Shown piece by piece: positions 58,958 through 64,000 of a DNA stretch of 64,000 nucleotides. The translations under genes and the position numbers were made by a program. Source of the DNA: an uncultured candidate division Zixibacteria bacterium. GTDB taxonomy: Bacteria; Zixibacteria; MSB-5A5; GN15; FEB-12. The stretch covers positions 192,001-256,000 of the forward strand of contig CAVTJJ010000006.1 of NCBI GenBank assembly GCA_963735035.1. The letters run 5' to 3'. The notes beneath the pieces were generated by a model. The model was not told the DNA's origin and made no database searches. It worked only from the letters and a program-made list of their open reading frames with translations. Position 1 is the stretch's first letter; each line of letters starts with the position of its first letter.

Positions 58958-61741
58958 ATGAACATCAAGCCTTTAGTATTGGTGACAGCAATCCTGGTTC
59001 TTGCTCTGGGCCTCGCGGGCGACGCGCTGGCGAGCATTTCCAATGCTGCCGTATTATTCCTTAGAATCGCACCGGGATCTCGAGCTGCCGGCATGGGTGA
59101 AGCTTATGTGGCGATCGCCGACGATGCCACCGCCACTCACTGGAACCCGGCGGGACTCGGCAACTACCCGCTTTCCGACACCTGGATCGAGGCCAATATT
59201 CCGGCCGCATTCAGGCCTATCAAAGGATTTGCGCCACTGAGTACCGGCGGCACCCGCAACTATCTCGACTATGACATCTGGGCCATAACTCCTCAGGGTC
59301 TGATCCGGTACAACAACAAGCGCTGGAACACCGAAGAAGTGTTCGCCACCAAGACCAGTCAGACGATTGAAGAAATCGTCAAGGGCTACATCAGGACTAC
59401 TGATGAAGCCCGGTTGAAGTCAATTGTGGAGCGTGTTGCTGTGCTCAACAGTCAGGGCACTCTGGCCGAGTTGGAGTCGTTGAGGGACAGTATCATGTCT
59501 GCGCTGCCCGAGAAATACGATTCCCGTGAGAGCATCTCTCTTGATCTGGATTCACTCGTGGCCAGTTTCGCAACTTGCCGCGTGAACTGGACCCGGGTCG
59601 CCGAGGTGCGGGGTCATTTGAAGGACGGTTTGAAAGACGGGACTCTGAACAGTACCGAGTGCGATCGTTTGGCAGTTTCTTTGGAGCGTTCGCGCGCCCG
59701 CTACCTGCCGGAGATCTTACGCGTCCCTTACAGCGTGATATTTGCCAGCGAACCCACTACGATTGCCTCCACGGGAGAAGTGCTTCTTATCGGCTCCTCT
59801 GACGGACTGGCGCGATTCAACGGTCGGTATTGGGAGATGGTATGGACGTCGGACAGTCAGCCGGTCGGCGCCGTCAGTTGCATGTACCTGGCCGGTGGCG
59901 CAATACTCGTTGGCTATGATAAAGGCGTCGGGATCTTCCGTGGTCAGAGCCTGAGCCCCCTGACTACCGCAGACGCCGGTCTGCCCGCCGGAGCGGTGCA
60001 AGCCGTAGGCGGAGGATCACTGACCGATCTCTACGCCGTGGTTGACGCAAATCTGTACCATTTTGATGGCCGCATGTGGAGCGACGCGGTCGACTACACC
60101 GTGGCCGTGGATGATTCCATAGAGCGGATCGCCGCGCGGTTTTCGCTCTATGGCGGCTCAATCGATAAGCAACGTTTCATCGACCGATACAAGGTCACCC
60201 AGGCTCCGATTCTGTCGGAAGCAACAGCCGATACGACTGCGGCCATTTCGGATTCGACCCGGACCGCGACCGTAGACAGCACGTCGGTTGGCCCCGATTC
60301 ATCTCGGACCGCAACCGCCGACAGCGTATCGATTGTGCCTGATTCGACTCAGATGGCCGAGGCCGTTGTCCCGCCCACGCCTGACCCGGCAACCCCAGTC
60401 GCCGCGGGTGTGCCGGGGATAGATACTCCGTTGCAGCCGGGAGCCGTGATTCGCGTGCCGCTGGCAGCGAGTGTCAAGGGCCAGGTGACCGCCATATTTA
60501 CCGACCCCCAGAAACGTCTCTGGCTCGGCACCAGCTACGGTATCTTTTGCTTCGACGGATCCCACTGGATCGCTCCGGGATATTCCGACCACGTTGTCGC
60601 GTCGGGCGAGAGCCTCGATTCGCTCGTCAGCCGTCGTACTTATCTGAATGAGGAACAGCGCGCCATTTATCGCGCTCTCTTAACCGATGTGAATGATTTG
60701 GGTGACGGGACGCTGGCCGAAGGATCATCAATCAAGCTGTACGCCCGCCCGTCAGCTCAGCCGGTCAATGGTATCGGCGGTGACGGCCGAGTTGTGTATT
60801 TCGCCACCCAGAACGGTCTAATTGAATTTGACGGCCGCCGCTGGGCACGAACGTCGCTGCGCGGACTCACTCGTGATAATATTGTTGGAGTTAGCCTGCT
60901 TGGAAGCGAGAGCTGGATCGCGAGCAACGAAAAGCTGGTCATTAAAGGACGCGGCCACTCCGAGTTCTCCTTCATGTATGTCAAGTGGCTGCCGGAATTG
61001 GCGGACGACCTCTATTATTCGTTCCTGTCGTTTGTTTCCCCCAAGGAAGGGTGGGGTACTTTCGGCGGAAATATCACGCTGATTTCCTACGGTAAGTTTA
61101 CCCGCACCGGTGAGACGGGCGAAGATCTCGGTACTTTTGAGTCGTACGACATCGCCGCGAGCGCATCGTGGGGTACTCAGCTCAGCAACAAGATCAAGGG
61201 CGGTGTGTCATTCAAAATTATCTATTCACGTCTGTCACCGCAGGGTGCCGGGGCCGAGCAGGGCAGCGGCACGGCGACCGGCGTGGCTCTCGATCTGGGA
61301 CTGCTTTGGAACTTGACGGAACGTCTCACCTTGGGTACGGCGATAACCAACCTCGGTCCGAAAATGACCTATATTGATGCTGCACAGTCGGATGACTTGC
61401 CGCGTAACCTGGCGATAGGTGTCGCCTATCGATTCCTCCGCTCAGAATACACCAGCCTTATTGCCACAGTAGAAGCGAACAAACTACTGGTAGGGTTGAA
61501 GAACAGTAAGGACGACCTCAAAGAGTTGATCTTCAACGGGGGAGCGGAGTTCTCTTATGCCAATCTCTTTGCCGCCAGGGCCGGTTACATCTACGATCAG
61601 GAAGGTTCAATCAAGACCCCGACCCTCGGATTTGGCTTGTCCCCGTTCGCCTGGGGCAGTATGGACTTCGCCTATATTCCCAGTCAGAAGGAATTTTCAT
61701 TGGCTAATACCTTGCGTATCTCCATGCGAGTCATATTTTAG
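58958..61741 (+). CDS. PorV/PorQ-family beta-barrel with about 600-aa insertion
   Basis: FLRIAPGSRAAGMGEA..WNPAGL; KWLPELADDLYY; NLGPK, ARAGY, DFAYIP, NTLRIS; directly after porU. Confidence 0.85.
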   Translation: MNIKPLVLVTAILVLALGLAGDALASISNAAVLFLRIAPGSRAAGMGEAYVAIADDATATHWNPAGLGNYPLSDTWIEANIPAAFRPIKGFAPLSTGGTRNYLDYDIWAITPQGLIRYNNKRWNTEEVFATKTSQTIEEIVKGYIRTTDEARLKSIVERVAVLNSQGTLAELESLRDSIMSALPEKYDSRESISLDLDSLVASFATCRVNWTRVAEVRGHLKDGLKDGTLNSTECDRLAVSLERSRARYLPEILRVPYSVIFASEPTTIASTGEVLLIGSSDGLARFNGRYWEMVWTSDSQPVGAVSCMYLAGGAILVGYDKGVGIFRGQSLSPLTTADAGLPAGAVQAVGGGSLTDLYAVVDANLYHFDGRMWSDAVDYTVAVDDSIERIAARFSLYGGSIDKQRFIDRYKVTQAPILSEATADTTAAISDSTRTATVDSTSVGPDSSRTATADSVSIVPDSTQMAEAVVPPTPDPATPVAAGVPGIDTPLQPGAVIRVPLAASVKGQVTAIFTDPQKRLWLGTSYGIFCFDGSHWIAPGYSDHVVASGESLDSLVSRRTYLNEEQRAIYRALLTDVNDLGDGTLAEGSSIKLYARPSAQPVNGIGGDGRVVYFATQNGLIEFDGRRWARTSLRGLTRDNIVGVSLLGSESWIASNEKLVIKGRGHSEFSFMYVKWLPELADDLYYSFLSFVSPKEGWGTFGGNITLISYGKFTRTGETGEDLGTFESYDIAASASWGTQLSNKIKGGVSFKIIYSRLSPQGAGAEQGSGTATGVALDLGLLWNLTERLTLGTAITNLGPKMTYIDAAQSDDLPRNLAIGVAYRFLRSEYTSLIATVEANKLLVGLKNSKDDLKELIFNGGAEFSYANLFAARAGYIYDQEGSIKTPTLGFGLSPFAWGSMDFAYIPSQKEFSLANTLRISMRVIF

Positions 61742-61750
61742 GACCTACGC

Positions 61751-64000
61751 ATGATCAAAGTCATTGGAAGACTATCGTGGGCCTCGCTTTTGATCGGGGC
61801 CGTACTCTGCCTTGGTTCGGTTGAGAATGGGCGGTGTGTCGATGGCCGACTCCTGGTGCCGAAGAGTCGCTCGATCGATTCTGCGGCCACCCCCAATCTT
61901 GTCCGCCACCGCTGCCTGACGCCCGAAGGCAACGACCAGCGTCTAGTCCCCACGACGACCGACCGCTGGAAGATGCCGTCACAGGCTCTCGCTGCGGACT
62001 TCGACACTACCATCCACTGTCTCGTTCTGCGATACAATTTTCAGTACGAGACCACCGATGATCCCAATACGACCGGTCGTGGTGTCATGGACCTCTCGCG
62101 CCCGCTCGATACGCTTACGGACTCCGAGTATGTTGTCCGTGAAGGTTATCTGATTGATCCACCACCGCACGATTCGCTCTATTTCGATGCTCACATGAAG
62201 GCGCTGAACCGGTACTGGGAAACGGTGTCGGGCGGGAAGATTCATATCGCCTGGGATATCTATCCGCCCTATCGCGATTCCGTTTATCAGTTGCCGCATC
62301 CCATGAGTTATTACGGTCGCTGCGAATTCTCGCAGGTGGTGGGCGGTCTGGAGAATTTCTTCGTCGACTGCATCAAGATGGCGGATACGCTCGATCCGGA
62401 AATCGACTTTTCAAAATATGAGTCGTTCTTTCTCTTTCACGCCGGTTCCGACGCGCAGAATGATATTGGTTTCCCCAGGACCTGTCTCGACCTGTTCAGC
62501 GGCTACATCAAGTTCGGCGACACGGTCTGGGTAGACAACGACAGCAACATGGTACGGTCCGGCCTGATGATGCCGGAAACCACGGTACAGGACGGCAGAA
62601 TCACAGCGCTAAATGCCGTATTGGCGCACGAATTCGGCCACCAGCTTGGTCTGGTGGACCTTTATGACACCGAGAATTTCTTCACTCAATTGGGTGACTT
62701 CTCGCTGATGGACAATAACGGCTTTGGCACCGGGATCGATTTCGGATTTCCCGCCGGCAAGGTCTTCGGTGCTCTGCCGGTGTTTCCCGATGCCTGGTCG
62801 CGCGGTTTCCTGGGAATTGATGAGGTCGTTGATTTTCGCGCGGACACGGTCGGAGTCGATCTGGTCGCAGCTGAGTTGACAACCGAGCCCGGGCTCAAGA
62901 TTGCGCGCCTGCCGATTTCCGAAAGCGAATACTATCTGATAGAGAACCGAATAGACGAGATCGACGGGAAGACCACTAACATTCTCGCCGACCAGCAGAC
63001 CAGTGTCATCCAGGGACCCATCGACGCGGACCGGAACTTTACGGGTGAATACGATTTCCTGATGCCCGGATCGGGAGTGCTGATCTACCATGTGGACGAG
63101 GAAGTGGCAGGCGCTGGACTATGTTGGCGACGGACGGAACAACTTTGCCGATAACCATTTGCAGTGGCTCCGTGATGATCGCAAATTCATAAGCCTGGTG
63201 GAAGCTGACGGGATCGTTCATTTTGGCGGGAACTATTACGCCGGGTATGGTGATCAGGGTGATTTCTACCGTGACGACCAGGCCCATGCGTTCACCCCCA
63301 ACTCCAATCCACAGACGATCGACAATACCGGCAACCAGACCCATTTCTATGTCGAGAATATCGGTCGGCTGCCCATCCCCGGCGGTCACGATCGGCAACA
63401 CGCCACATTCGATTTCTCACCGGACCTTCAGGTCAAGGGATTCCCGGTTCGTGCCGGTTTCCCGCAGTTGTCTCTCGCGCCGATTGCCGACGATCTTGAC
63501 GGCGACGGGACCGATGAGATAATCATGGCGGCCGGAAGGTATTTGTCGGTGATGACAAGTAGTGGCGAAAATTTCGTTCGATCGAAATACCCCTGTCCGG
63601 CCTGTCCGCTCGTTTACGATACCGTGCCATCTTCGGTGAACGTTGGGTCTTCGGATAACCCCGCGGCCGTCCAGCCGGTGCCGGTATACGATGTGGTGCC
63701 TATCCTGATTACCGCCGGTCCCGTGACCGGCAGTCTGAATTCTTCCGACACCACGAAACTCGTGGCCGTAGGCTACCCGCATGCCGTTATTCCAGGAGCT
63801 GGCTGGGTAACGTTGTATGAGCCGCTTGACGAAAACGGAAACGCACGGGCCGACAAGCTCGATTCTCTCGGTACCCAGGGCCTGCCGGTAGCCTTATCGT
63901 TCGGCGATTCGATTCTCTACGCTCTCACCGAAACCGGTTACGTTCATCGATGGGCGGTGGCTGCCAATGTCCGGACATCGGGGGCCCTTCCGCAAAGAGA
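61751..64000 (+). CDS. M6/immune inhibitor A-like metalloprotease with FG-GAP repeat; +1 frameshift near 63110; runs off window
   Basis: FHAG, AHEFGHQLGLVDLYD, FSLMD, EYYLIENR, GVLIYHVDE; frame 3 continues LVEADG, FTPNSNP, DLDGDGTDEII to the window end. Confidence 0.85.

Noticed and set aside
15190..63160. Programmed ribosomal frameshifting or phase variation at the two frameshifts
   Set aside because: No slippery heptamer or homopolymer tract at either site

Overview
Chromosomal segment of a GC-rich diderm bacterium. The PorU/PorV locus, T9SS-type C-terminal sorting signals and a Cys-flanked dockerin-like tail suggest an FCB-related lineage such as candidate Zixibacteria (inference only). 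Core genes: M24 peptidase, rsgA, an MBOAT/SGNH acyltransferase pair, nitrilase, ygiQ (frameshifted), enoyl-CoA hydratase-crcB-DUF190, sdhCAB, sucCD, padR plus sensor, an Atl/MGMT protein, tryptophanase, and porU-porV-M6 protease (frameshifted). A 10.5 kb two-component/HD-GYP/HDOD block lies between two almost identical tRNA-Arg genes with different anticodons (UCG, UCU). Most unusual features: (1) several families of REP-like palindromes, some nested inside others, with three separate accessory genes each bracketed by a direct pair of one repeat family; (2) a PD-(D/E)xK nuclease with a transmembrane hairpin inserted inside its catalytic core, next to a 4-TM partner; (3) a PorV-family barrel interrupted by about 600 aa of beta-propeller and LysM-like modules. 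No integrase, transposase or CRISPR array was seen. All family calls come from motif recognition, not database searches.
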